A stretch of 61,344 bases of DNA, counting the filler. It is 13 parts of 13 records of this genome, joined end to end, with 100 filler letters (N's around TTAATTAATTAA, not from the genome) between each part and the next. Parts side by side here need not be neighbours in the genome. Positions count along the whole stretch, not along the records: positions 41,852 to 45,697 come from SRR7504441_15132; positions 45,798 to 49,312 come from SRR7504441_15135; positions 49,413 to 53,384 come from SRR7504441_15137; positions 53,485 to 61,344 come from SRR7504441_15140; 9 more parts are not named here. One strand, written 5' to 3'. Below are positions 44,028-55,652 of the stretch, in pieces. A program made the position numbers and the translations under genes. The stretch's first letter is position 1. The number at the start of each line of letters is the position of its first letter. The notes below the pieces were generated by a model. It saw only the letters and a list, made by a program, of their open reading frames with translations, was not told the origin of the DNA and did no database searches.

Positions 44028-45668
44028 CTAACGCGTAGTGCGGATGAATGCGGCCTGTGTCGGCGGCTCGGCGCCTGAAGCTACGCGTGAAACGCTGTTG
44101 AGCTGTTGAATAACACGAAGGTCGATCAGCTCAACTGACAATTTTGTATTTTCCGAATGCATGAATATTGGTAGCTAGTCTAGATAGGGGGAGCAGAAGT
44201 ATAGGTCGTTGTTTTAGTCCAAGCTCCTAGTTTAGTCTCTGAAATTAATTAAACTAATGGTTTTTCGTAAAAAATAACAACTTAACAACAACTAGCCGGA
44301 ACTCTACTAGTGCGTAACTTAGCTAGTGACTCTCCCCCACGGCCAGACTAGCCATCCGCAGCACCGCCTGAGCTGGGCCCATGAGACCTTGGCCAGCCGC
44401 TTGGCCGTTGGGACTTTCAGCTCGGTACAGAGTAAATCGTAATGCACTTGCTTACGCAGCTCGTCACCTGATCAAAACTCGTGAATAAATACTAAATAAT
44501 AAATAATAAATAGATTACCCAGATCGTCCTCTTTTGGCTCTTTCTCCGCCTTTCTATCGGGCCAAGCGCCCCAGTGCAAGCTGGCTGGCCCCCCACCCCC
44601 CACCAGCCGGTCAAGTCCGGTGTGACAGTAACTGCTGCGCGCTCCCAACATGGCAGACACGGATGATGACAGCACGTACAAGTCCAACTGGGCAGCCTGC
44701 TCGTACTCGTCATGCTTTGAGGGCGAATACTGTATACTACTACACAGTACACTACTGCACAGTACACTACTACACTACTAAACTAGTAAACTAACTATAC
44801 GGTATACTGTACTACACTAATTATACTGTATACTGTATACTGTATACCTGCTCGTACTCGTCATATTTGGAAGGAGAGTCCGGCAGCGCAGGCCATCGCC
44901 GGCTACTCAGCCTGCCAAAAAGCCGTTACAAATGCCGTTAGGAATGCAGTTGGCCACCGCGCGCGCAGCAGCCGGGCCGCAGTAGCTAGCTCCGGTTCGG
45001 AGGTTTCTCTCAGCTCTAATGCCTCTGTTATGACTTTGTCTGTCGCTACTAAGAACCCGCCTGCAGCAGCAGCTCACGGCACGCTAGTAATACTATCAGT
45101 ATACTAATACACACTATATCTATATATTATAGTATTATTGTAGTGTTTACCGGCGCCTGAAGCGACGCGCGAAACGCTGTTGAGTTGTTGAATAACTCGA
45201 AGGTCGATCAGCTCGACTGACAATTTTGTGTTTTCCTGCTGCTTGGTCTTGGCGCTGTGCTGATCGGCCTGGAAACAGCCGTTGTGAGTTGATTAATTAA
45301 TTAGATTAATTAGATTAATTAATTATATGGGTTGCCTCTGATTGGAGGCTGCTTTGGGCGTGGGCGAGCTCTATAGCCGAAAGGTGCTCGTGGGCCATTG
45401 CCTGGTACCTGCGAGGCCTCAGCTCAGCCCCCGGTATAGCAGTACACAGTAGTATAGCAGTAGTATAGCAGTAGTATAGTTAGTAGTATACAGCGTAGTG
45501 AGCCCGGCGTGACTTGAGATAGCCATCTCCTTAGGACACTGATGACACTGCTAAATAGCACCATAACACTATACGCTATACTGTATAGCTATACTAATAC
45601 TAATACTAATACTAATACTAATACTGAACCCACTTCATGATCTCCTTGAGTCCCTGGTACAACCCGAC
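44028..45668 (-). CDS. Uncharacterised intron-rich gene (5'-partial) with microsatellite-filled introns and a duplicated exon segment
   Basis: Spliced reading YQAMAHEHLSAIELAHAQSSLQSE|ADQHSAKTKQQENTKLSVELIDLRVIQQLNSVSRVASGA|GGFLVATDKV...RAR|LSSRRWP...YDEYEQ|AAQLDLYV. Introns are rich in TAG/TAC/TATTAG repeats. Confidence 0.6.
45590..45624. repeat. (TACTAA)n microsatellite inside an intron
   Basis: TACTAA tandem, about 5-6 units. Confidence 0.85.
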
Positions 45669-45697
45669 CTGTTAACAGATTATTTCCTTTTAAGGAA
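45669..45697 (-). repeat. Repeated intron family, copy C (3' part, cut by the contig end)
   Basis: TTCCTTAAAAGGAAATAATCTGTTAACAG|GTC. Confidence 0.7.
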
Positions 45698-45797
45698 NNN
45701 NNNNNNNNNNNNNNNNNNNNNNNNNNNNNNNNNNNNNNNNNTTAATTAATTAANNNNNNNNNNNNNNNNNNNNNNNNNNNNNNNNNNNNNNNNNNNN

Positions 45798-48700
45798 TAT
45801 GCTAAAGTCGGCATAGCGGCAATCTGCGCTGGCATCGCAGGCGGCCGCGCAGGCGGCCTTGGCCTCGTCCCCGGTGGCAAAGGCCTGGTTGCTCCAGCCG
45901 CCTGCTAGAGCGGACCCCGACGGACACTTGGACCCTGCGAGCCAGTTTGGGGTCTGGTCGGTCTGGGCCAGCTTCTTGTAGACGTCGTACATCGCGTCCG
46001 CGACCAGCGTGCAGGTGTCGGAGCAGATGCAATAGTGCCTGTCCCCTTGGAGGCCATCGCGGAGCTTGTAGTCCATGAAGGCATGTCCAGAGCAGTGCGC
46101 CTTGCACTCAACCAACGTAGCAGTTGGCAGGGCCGTAGAATCAGCCTCGGTGCACTCGTAGCCAGTAGAGTGCAGCTGCCAGTCGCGTGCGTAGTCGTGT
46201 TGGGGCCAGTGCCAGTTGTCGCCTGTCTTCCAGTTGTCGGACCTCAGCTCCCTCGAGACCGACATGCGAGACTGCTTGAGCGAACCGACGTAGATCGACT
46301 TGTATCCTGCTCTTGGGCTCAGCCCGCCGCGGGCAGCAAGCGCACCGTCCACGTCGATGCTGTTGCACGCGTCAATCGTGACGAGACTGAAGGCGTCTCC
46401 TGTCATGTTCTTGGTGTCGCAGTTGGCGACCGTGCTAAAGCTCTCGATCTGGCGGAGCGGTCAACTGCCGGCGCAGGGGAGGGGTGCCTGCAGGTGCATG
46501 CCGTATGCCCCCTCGGCCAGTGACTGAGTGTCATGTGTCACCACCTGCGCCCGGGCTGAGCCGTGGCCACGCAAAGCAGGCACCTCCCAATAATGGGTAA
46601 TAGCAGTAACCACCTCGCCAGTTCTATTATAGACGTCGCCAGTTCTCATGGAGACTTGTGGGATCGATGCGACGGTTCCTTTCTTCCAGCATTCGCAGGG
46701 ACCGCTGTCGCCGGTACCTACCAGCACAAATGCGTCGGTGCTCGGTGGATTGCCATTGTTTTGCCGGTCGTGCGTCACTCCGAATCCAGAGCCAGAGAAC
46801 GTGCCAGAGGTCCGGAAGAGAGCGCACCCTGTATCGGCATACTGCGAAGGAGCCACATATTCCCAGAAGCCGATGCATGCCTCCTCCTCTGCGCACTTCT
46901 GCATGCAAGTGGTTTGCATGGCAGTCTTGTCAAACATGGTGGCCTTCCACTCGCCGGATAGATACCCAAACCTTTCCGGTTGAGCACCAGGGTTAGGGTT
47001 GTCAGCCCAGGCATGCTCTGCAGAGCACCAGCCTTCCCCATCAATCTTGTCAAACGTGCTGATCTTGTCGCCCGTTCTTATAGAGACACTAACGTCGTCA
47101 TAGAGACCCAAACGTTGCTGTGTGATATCTAGCGGGTTGCGTGAATGCTGCACAAGTGGCGTGAATCTTGCACAAGTGGCAGCACAAGCTGTCCCTGCTG
47201 CAGTGCCAACCGCCAAGTTGCACCCATCCGGAGCTCCAAGACCGTCGTGTGCGTACTCTGTAAGTGCGGTGCAAATGGACTCTAAGGTTGCAGGTTTCAG
47301 TGTACCAGATGGGTTACTAAGGCCCCATTCACCCATCTGGGCGCAGTCGTAGCCCATGTACCGGAAGCAAGGATCGTCAGCAAGTCCCCCGGTCGCCTGG
47401 TCCTGGCCCAGTTCGCAGGTGTCGAAGCAGACGCAATGGTTATCGTTCGACTTGTATTCCATGAAGTTATACGGTGAGCAGTAGTACTTGCACTCATCCA
47501 ACGTAGCAGGATCGAGGACGGTACCGGTAGAATCATCCTGGGGGCAGGCGCCAGAAGAGTGCAGCTGCCATGTGGCCGTCGGGACAGTTGGGTTACTGCT
47601 GACGTTGCACCTGGCCCCGGTTCAGATGGGTGTCCAGCGGATGGGCGCACCCTTCATAGTAAGTTCGAAGCGCAGTACAAGAATCCGGCCCAGTGTTGGC
47701 CGATGTTTGGGTGAACCGATCGACGCCGAGCCCGGCGGTGAACGCGCCCGTGCTCGTCCCGGGAACGCATGCCTTGCCTGGCGAATCATACACGGTATTG
47801 CCGTCTGAATCTGTATGACCGCATGTATTATCCTCGACATAATCCTGCTCATAGTGCTCCTGTACATGTACTTCGAGGTTCGAACCGCTGTAGCTTGTAG
47901 ACACGATGTTGATAGTGAAGTTTGCACCCATCCCCTGGAGAACTTCATCGTTCGGCTTGTAGCACACCCCTGTAATACACAGATGGATCAGCTCAAATTG
48001 TTTCTGGTGGAGCACCGATGTCATAGTGGTTGCGGGGGGTCGCAGCACTCCGCGGGTACTGATATCCCCCTGAAGCGGTCTGATCAGCCTGTGTCGAGCC
48101 GGCGGAGGTGCCTGGGCCGGTGTGGTAGGCGTTGGCCTCCTCGCAGGTGTAATCCGAGCTGGTGATCTCGGAATATCCTGCGCGCTCGGTCATTCCAATC
48201 AGCAACGGGTCGTGATTCACCGGCGCGGATGGTGGTAGTCGACCAGGATTCGACGATCGTGCACCTGGCGGGCTAGCTCGCTGCCTGGCCGGCGCGGCCC
48301 TGCACCGGCGCTTGCTCCATTGCTCTGGCGCTTGCCCCGGTAATCCAGAAGCTTTGGAGCCAAGCGAAGAGCCAGCCCCAGAGCAATCTGCGGTGGAGTA
48401 CGCCGTGATGTCGCTCGTGGTGGTCTTGATCGACTGGATGGCCCCGGGCGCTGTGTACAAGTAGCTCAAGACTCGTTGACAGCCTGCTGCCACCTCAGCC
48501 GGGCCCCGACCGGCGGGCTTTACCTGGCAGCACCGGGTAGTAGGCGTGCTTTTGAAGGTCGGTGCAGTTACCGTCGGCGTCCGTGTTGTGGTAGCTGCCG
48601 CGGCGAGGCTCAGGGCGGGCGTCGACAAGCCGCGCACAAGGCTACGCGATGGTAGGGCATCGGGGCCGAGTGAAGACCGCCCCTCATTGTCTTGTGGTAC

Positions 48701-48983
48701 GCCCGCCTGCCCGGCCCTCGGCCCGCCTCCCCTCTTCGACGGACCTGCGGTGACCGGCTTGGAAGTTGTCATGTACCCCCGGGGTGAGCTGCCCGCCCCG
48801 GTTGTCTGCGCCCCCCGAAGTGAGCCGAAGGTGGGGGGAGGGGGCTTGCCCGTGTTGGTGGGGGGAACGTCATTCCAGTTGTGATGGAGCCTGAAGTTGT
48901 CTTCGACCCCACGTGCTGCCTCGGTTTGGCCAATGGCCGCAAGGGCGACGATCAAAACACCCAGCTTGAGCTTCTTGTCCATG
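45798..48983 (-). CDS. Large secreted Cys-rich protein with PAN/apple-like modules, spliced (3'-partial)
   Basis: Signal peptide MDKKLKLGVLIVALAAIGQTEA. Repeated CxxxC....C modules (TCMQKCAEEEACIGF, ACAAACDASADCRY, ECKAHCSG, ECKYYCSP). The ORF-track frames are separated by short GT-AG gaps. Confidence 0.65.
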
Positions 48984-49056
48984 GTGATAAGGCTCAACCG
49001 AATCCGTTGCCGCTGCTGGGTCGCCGGCGCTGTGGTGCTGTGGTGAGAGGCGCGCG

Positions 49057-49312
49057 ATGCCGGGCCGCCAGCTTGGGCCCGGGCCAAGGCTGGCGCGGAT
49101 CACCTGGTCTGCGCTGGCTGGTGGCTGGGGCCCTGTCAGTGTCGCCAGGAGCCCAGCGAGCCCCCGGCACGAGTACTTGGGCTGCTACAAGGACGGGCCG
49201 GTGCGAGACCAGCAGGTGCGGACCAGCAGGCTGGGAAACGACAAAGATGGGGTACCGAAGAGCTTATCACAACCACCAACCGTAGCGGTCGGTCAAGGTA
49301 CAATAAAGGGGC
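49057..49312 (+). CDS. 5' fragment of a WSC-domain protein, divergent from the previous gene
   Basis: HEYLGCYKDGPVRD matches the WSC start YxGCYxD..R and is followed by CAG|GTGCG. Truncated by the contig end. Confidence 0.4.
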
Positions 49313-49647
49313 NNNNNNNNNNNNNNNNNNNNNNNNNNNNNNNNNNNNNNNNNNNNTTAATTAATTAANNNNNNNNNNNNNNNNNNNNNNNNNNNNNNNN
49401 NNNNNNNNNNNNTGGCTGTATTAGGGGAAAAGTGCAGAGAGTGCAACCCAGATAGCAGGCAGCACACTGCGGGCAGGCAGAAGATGGAGCCCCGCTAGAA
49501 GTCTTTGATCAACGCCGAGCTACACACAGTAGAGAGAGAATAGTGATCTCTATGTAATTGCTATGGTCCCTATGATCATAAGCATAGCAGGCAGAGAATG
49601 CCCTTATTTGTTTACAAAGTGGAACGTCTTATCTGGACACACAGCTA

Positions 49648-52600
49648 CTAATCAGTCTCTGCCAACACATCTAGGGCAGTACCATTCGAGGGTGCTGTAG
49701 ACACGGGTGCTGCGCCATCACCACACGCAGCACACAAATCACAGCGCCCTGTTGCCTTGTCCCAGGTAAAGTTGTTGCACTTGCGCGTAGAGGAAACTAG
49801 GCACGCATGTTCACAGGCAACCTGGTCCTTGACCGGCTGAAACGTAGGTGAATCAAAGGTAGCTTTGAAATAACCAATGGGAGGCCCGGGCGACCTTGGC
49901 ACGCCATCCAAGTTTCTGACCCACTGCACCCGGAGGAACCGGTACTTGTTCCCCCTGTTTTTAGGCGCCCATTGCACGTCCTTGAGTGAGAGTTCTGGGC
50001 CAGGACCTTTGCCACGCATTACTGCGGATTCTATGAGAGGGTCAAAGCCTTCCGGCACGTCCCGCGGCAGATCGTCCCAATAACAATTGCCCTTACATTG
50101 AGTGGCTGCCTGAGCAGGAGTGTAGCCATTCGATGTGCAAGAAGACCCCAAGACAGGTGTACAAGAGGACCAGGACTTTGAGATCTTTTTGCAGATTGGC
50201 ACTGGTTCTAACCCTTTGCCAGGGTTATGCTGATCTTTTGCAGATGACCAAAAGCAGCCCTTTGGTGCAGTGAGATTGGTACCCTGTGACAATGCTGATC
50301 CGAATGGAATAAGCGCCAAATGGGCTGATCCGATAAATAAATGATGCTGATACCCACCAAATGCCTCGCTCACTTTGCTGCACTCCTCCTCTGTTTCCAC
50401 CGGATGGTACCCCTCACGGCAGCGTCTCAGGTTCCCATCCCCCATGGAGTACAGAGAGGGGTACAGACTGTACCCCCAGTCTCCCAAAACCGTTGAGGAT
50501 ACCTGAGCGCCCTTCCAGGCTCCCATTGGCCAGGGGGGCACTGGTGGCTTCTCGAAAGAGCGCCTAGTCCGGAGATCGGCATCGCGCAAGAGAAATTTGG
50601 TCTGCCAGGACCTGTCCCCACCCCAGTCAGCTAGGAGCACGGCATGGCCAACCTATGCACACAGGCATCTGGCACTATTACATTGGCAATGCAAAGGCCA
50701 GGTTTGGGTGAGAGCTCACATCTGAGTCAAGTTGCTATTGTTGGTACCGTAGACCCGCACCATGCCGCCGACCAGAGTGTCGCCTGTGGGGTACCAGCGC
50801 ATACCAGTGAGGGCTTGTGGCGTGTTCAGTTCAAGGTCAATGTAGTCCCCCTCTTGCCTGAAGTAGATACTGGATGTCAGCTCTGCTGTGTTGAGCACAT
50901 GCCCACCATTGTTAATGCACGAGCAGACCTTCTGCAAGCCAGGTGCGGTGTCCCCAGCGACTGCATTATTGCACTGGTAGGTCCCTTGCTTGCCGATAGA
51001 AATCCCAGAGAGGGGTAGGTTGAATGTAGGGGTTACATGGAGGACCGCCTCACCATCAGGGCAGTCCACTGTTGAGCCATAAGGCGCCACCCCGATGCCC
51101 TCTGACCACCATCCCTCTTTGCGACCGGCATACACTCCCCCAACAGACAGCATCGCAGGGCTGATGGCACCTTGCTTGTCGATGGTTGCAATGTGGGAGA
51201 CCAAACTCACATTAGAGTGCCAGCGGCAACATGTGCCTTTGTATGCGTCTGCCGACTCGTTTGCAGTGACAAGCACTCTGGATGCTTTCTGGCCTTTCAC
51301 ACCGCATCCAGGTGGCAGGTTGACGGAGCTCTTCATTGTGATTCGAGGTATCAGATTTTTCTTGAGATCAGCGCAGCCGCTGGGTGTGGCTTGCCCAGCC
51401 TTGTCGCGGCGGAGGCACTGCTCCCGTATCAGCGCTCTTCCTGCTTGCTTGCACTGCCCAAGGTCCTTGACATTATCACCATAGTCACAAATGGTGCTCC
51501 CTTCAGTGCCCAAGTGGATTGCTGAGAGCTGTGTTGGGCTGTGCGTGGGCTGCAGGGTCGGGGATGCTGTAGTGGGCTGTGGGGTGGCCGGCAACAACCC
51601 TGTAGGCCGTGGAGTAGGGGCTGATGACGCTTGACTGGGCTGGGGAGTCGGCCCAGCTGTTATCTTCATCATACAGGTCTTGACCGGGCCGACTTTGAAG
51701 TTGCCATTGTCCCAATTTCCAGTCCCAGGATTGCCAGAACTGCCAGACCTGAAGAGGCAGCACAGCTGATCGCTGGCAGAGGGTTGCTTGAACCAGTGCC
51801 AACCAGTTCGAGTAGCCCAGGCTGTGCATTTAACCGGCAAAAAATTACAATAACCTGGATACTGTGCAAAGGTGCTGCATCCACTGTGACGCGTACACAG
51901 TGATTGGCATCCGAAAACATCATCTGGGACTTCAGCAAGTTGAGCTGCACTCGGACTAACCATGCTCGGTTGCATGCAAACCTGCCCCCTTCCCTTTGCA
52001 GTGGTGGATACTGCAAACACGGTGCTGTATGCCCCGCACTCTTTGTTTTGGTCGCATTTGGTTGCACAACCACCGGCATTCAGCTTACCTGCTGAGCAGT
52101 CATACGCCAGCCCCGAGCCCCAGTTGGGCCCATAGTCGCAATCGCCGGGGGTGCGCATGTAGCCCTTGTCTGGTTTGGCTGCGGCTGTCTCCATCAGTCT
52201 GCGGGAGCTTGCCTGCGGGCTCAGCACAGTCAGAACGTTACCTCCTAGGTTCAGCGCATGTGCTGCAGCGGCCATCTCTAGCTCCTTTGCGGAATGGCCA
52301 CTCGTGTAACCGCCAAACACGCCAGCTGAATCAGCAAGCTTGAGCAACTTCTCAAGCGTGTCGCCGACGGCTGAAGCCATCCGCTTGAACCGTGCTGGGT
52401 GGTCACCCTGCTGACTGCTCTCCTTGAAAGACAGCACAGAATTCATGATTCCCTGCAACTCAGCCTGGTTCAAGTGCTGTAAGCAGTCGCTCATGATCTC
52501 GTACTCTTCGAACACGGCCACGTCTCTCTTCTTGAGCGTGATTCGCAGCTGAGCATCGAGCGCTGAAAATGTCGGGAGTGGCTTGGTTGGTCTTGCTGTT

Positions 52601-53384
52601 GGTGGCGGCATGGATGGCGATGGCGTAGGCACCAGTGTGCAGCTTGCTGTTGCTGCCATCCACGAGGTGCTCGTTGCGCCGACCGACAGCCACATGACTG
52701 CAACATCATCCATCCCGCAGCCAGTTCCATACTGCTGGTCGAGTCCATCTTGGTCACACAACCGTAAGCCTTTGGCCTCACAGATGCCTTTGGCTTGACA
52801 GAAGGTTGCGTTGTGGTGGCAGCCATATCCGCCTTCCTGCCACTTTATGTTGCTTTGCCTCTGCCATGGCTGTAGTGGACCTGCCTCCATCGCAACGTGC
52901 ACTGCAGAGCCCTCCTTGCAACAGCGCACAGCATGCAGGGCCTCTGGGTTTGTTTCACAACTGACTGGGCCGTCAACCTGCGTCGCTCGCTTGATGAGCA
53001 CGCCGCCACACTTGCAAAGCGCGCTAAAATCTGCACTGGCTCCGCCCGCCGCGGTGTTGAAGTGGGGCTTTGCTGCTAAACTATTTACAGAGCAATGCCT
53101 TGGGACCGAATGCGCTGTGCCCACCCCAACAGGGCCGGAGTAATACGGCGGGGTAGCCGAGCAGAGCGTGGGGTTATCCTTGCACCTGGTGAGGTTAAGC
53201 GCCGAATAGGCCTTCAAGCATTCCTCCTTGGTGGTGATCTCGGTACCAGGGGGGCATCCCTCCCGATTCACTGGCAGTTCGAAGTAAGTTGCCGACGTGC
53301 GGTTGGTGGCATTGGCTGCCACCCCGCTGGGTGGGGTGTAACCCGGTATCTCGTGCTGCGCGCGCCCCAGGTACTCCCCCAGTT
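49648..53384 (-). CDS. Large Cys-rich extracellular protein with PAN/apple-like and PTxxP mucin-like segments (5'-partial). Junction at about 50640-50716 unresolved
   Basis: ORFs 50716..53322 and 49648..50640 lie on the same strand. Motifs ITTKEECLKA, HAVRCC...AKGICEAKGLRLC, CQSLCTRHSGCSTF and ACEHACL...CNNFTW...CDL. Confidence 0.6.
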
Positions 53385-53883
53385 NNNNNNNNNNNNNNNN
53401 NNNNNNNNNNNNNNNNNNNNNNNNNNNNTTAATTAATTAANNNNNNNNNNNNNNNNNNNNNNNNNNNNNNNNNNNNNNNNNNNNAGATCACGGCAGTCAG
53501 GGGTGCTTGAGCCAGGAGTGCCTTGCAAAGCACACCCACTTGACAATGGAGATGTTTGGTGGGTCACATCGGCAGACCCAATAGTGAGATCACGAGCCGA
53601 AGAGGGTCTGGCCAGAGACCTAGATAAAGAGTGGCACAGGGGCACAAATAGACAGGTAAAGTCCGCCTGTGTAGGGTTATCTGTTTTATCATGTGTGTTT
53701 GCAGATATGGAAACTTCAGAACAAGCTTCTCGAATTACCAGCTAAGTACACGAATAGTAGTACCCCTGGGATAACCATGTGCACAGGTCCCCACAAAAGG
53801 AGAGGCTACGGCAGGAGATTGCTGAGCACATTGATATACAGAAGCAGGTTAGAATCCAATGCAAGGGAAACTGAGATTCATTC

Positions 53884-55403
53884 TTGCAGGAAACCGGGAT
53901 AAGGCAAAGTCCTGAGTCTCCAACGCGGCCAAAGGCGCGGCAGCTTCTCGCTAGGTTTCGTCGATCTCGGCTTGGGCGTGCTTTTGCCCGCTTGGGGAAG
54001 AATGCTAGCGAGGTAGTGGAGAGGGAATCGCGTGCATGGAGAGCTGTGCAATTCATGCGGCTCATGGGTTGTGCACAGTCGATCACCACATGGAGACAAA
54101 TGCGGCGAAGTCAATGCCGGAAGCAGTTGAGGCGGAGCGAACGTGAGGGATTGAGTAGGCTGCAGGCCACCACAGAGGGTAAGTTACAAGCCTCTGAAAG
54201 TAAACTGCAAGCTGCAGAGACTAAACTAGAAGCCACAGAGACTAAACTAGAAGCCACAGAGAACGAGCTGCAAGCCGCAAAGAGTGAGCTGCAAGCCGCA
54301 GAGAGCCAATTGCATCTTACCAAGCGTCAGCTTAAAACGACTGAAAGTAAGGTTCAGTCTACAGAGAGACAGCTGCAATCCACTCAAAGTCAGCAAAGAG
54401 CCAGTGAGCGGGCAAGGTGGCAAGCAGATCGGGACGATGCTGAAGAAAATACAAGACTTCGAGCAGAGTTGACAAAGCTACAGCGGCGCTACAATGTGGA
54501 CACAGCAGAGTCGAAAGCGAGATATCGCAGGCTAGAATGCCAACTTGAGGCAAATAATAAGGCACGCATCAAGGCAGAGGAAAGACTCGAACAGGGATTA
54601 GCGGAGAATCAAAATACCTGCTCGAAGGCGGCAGATGAGGTCAACGAAGTTTTGCGGGCCAAGGAGAAATCCGACTTAGAAGCAGCTGACTTGCGCATGA
54701 AAGTCCTTCATCTAGCAAATGCAGCAGGGTCTGCGCACAGTGATCGGATTATTCAAGAGCAGTTGATATGGTATCCGTTGGACTGCCTGCACGTCCTGCA
54801 CCACCTGCGGGGCCGACGGGCAGCACAGCGACCAGGCGGCGAGCAGCAGCAGCCACCGCCCCATCGGATCTGAGTGCCAAGATTTTACAGCCACACAACA
54901 GTGCCTGACAGTCACTGATTGGCCCGGCGGCACGTACAACCCTCAGGAGCAACCGCCGGACGACGAGGGCCAGGCCAAGATCACACCAGCCCCGCCCGCG
55001 CCCGATCCGGACTACCAAGAGCAGGTCATTACACACAATCGGTACCCACTCTGCGCCGCAATGGCTTGACGGATTGGCCAGGAACGCCAAGGCAGCTTCA
55101 GACGCTGCAGCGCAGTTTGGGAAGGCTGAGCCGCTGCCTCAGTCCGCGGAGGCAGCTGTCAGCTCAGCCCGGTCGGACTCTGGACCGCCACCGCCTCCAG
55201 ACGCGCAAGTGAAGAGCAATGCAAAGTCTGGCAGTGATGCACTTAGAAATCAGCTGTCACTCGGCGATATATTAGCAAAGGACGCCTACGTTGCGTCGTT
55301 GAAAAGCGATGGCAAGGCCAAAAGAAACTTGAGACATATTGCGACAAAGCTTGAAATGCGAGTGCAAGCCGAGGTAGTGCATGGAGCCGACGAAGAGAGC
55401 TGA
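53884..55403 (+). CDS. Coiled-coil protein with 7-residue tandem repeats, spliced
   Basis: (KLQA[S/A]E[S/T])-like heptads encoded by 21-nt repeats at about 54175-54310. Probable introns near 54771 and beyond. Start uncertain. Confidence 0.55.
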
Positions 55404-55652
55404 CGACTTGCTAGTGTTTGTTTGGCGAGCTCCCTCTTGTCTAATCTACTGTACTCGAGATTGTCTGATATTGTTTGTTTAAAATACTATCTAGACTATT
55501 AAACGCGAGGCACACTGGGCCACTAGCCTAGGCTCCAGCCATCACTCAAGCACAGCGCAAGGATGTCCAGAAGCTCCGCGAGCCGTCCATTTGAAGTCAT
55601 GACCTGCTGGTTCAAGCCAAGGCAATCGATGTCCCGCCAAGGGGGCGTGGCA

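Noticed and set aside
45590-45624. (TACTAA)n / (TTAGTA)n as a possible telomere repeat
   Set aside because: Internal to an intron, only about 6 units, and not at a contig end.
6834-53484. Twelve identical TTAATTAATTAA palindromes flanked by N runs, superficially a regularly spaced repeat array
   Set aside because: Synthetic contig linkers with six-frame stops. Gene neighbourhood across them carries no biological meaning.
54175-54310. 21-nt tandem repeats
   Set aside because: Ordinary coding heptad repeats of a coiled coil.
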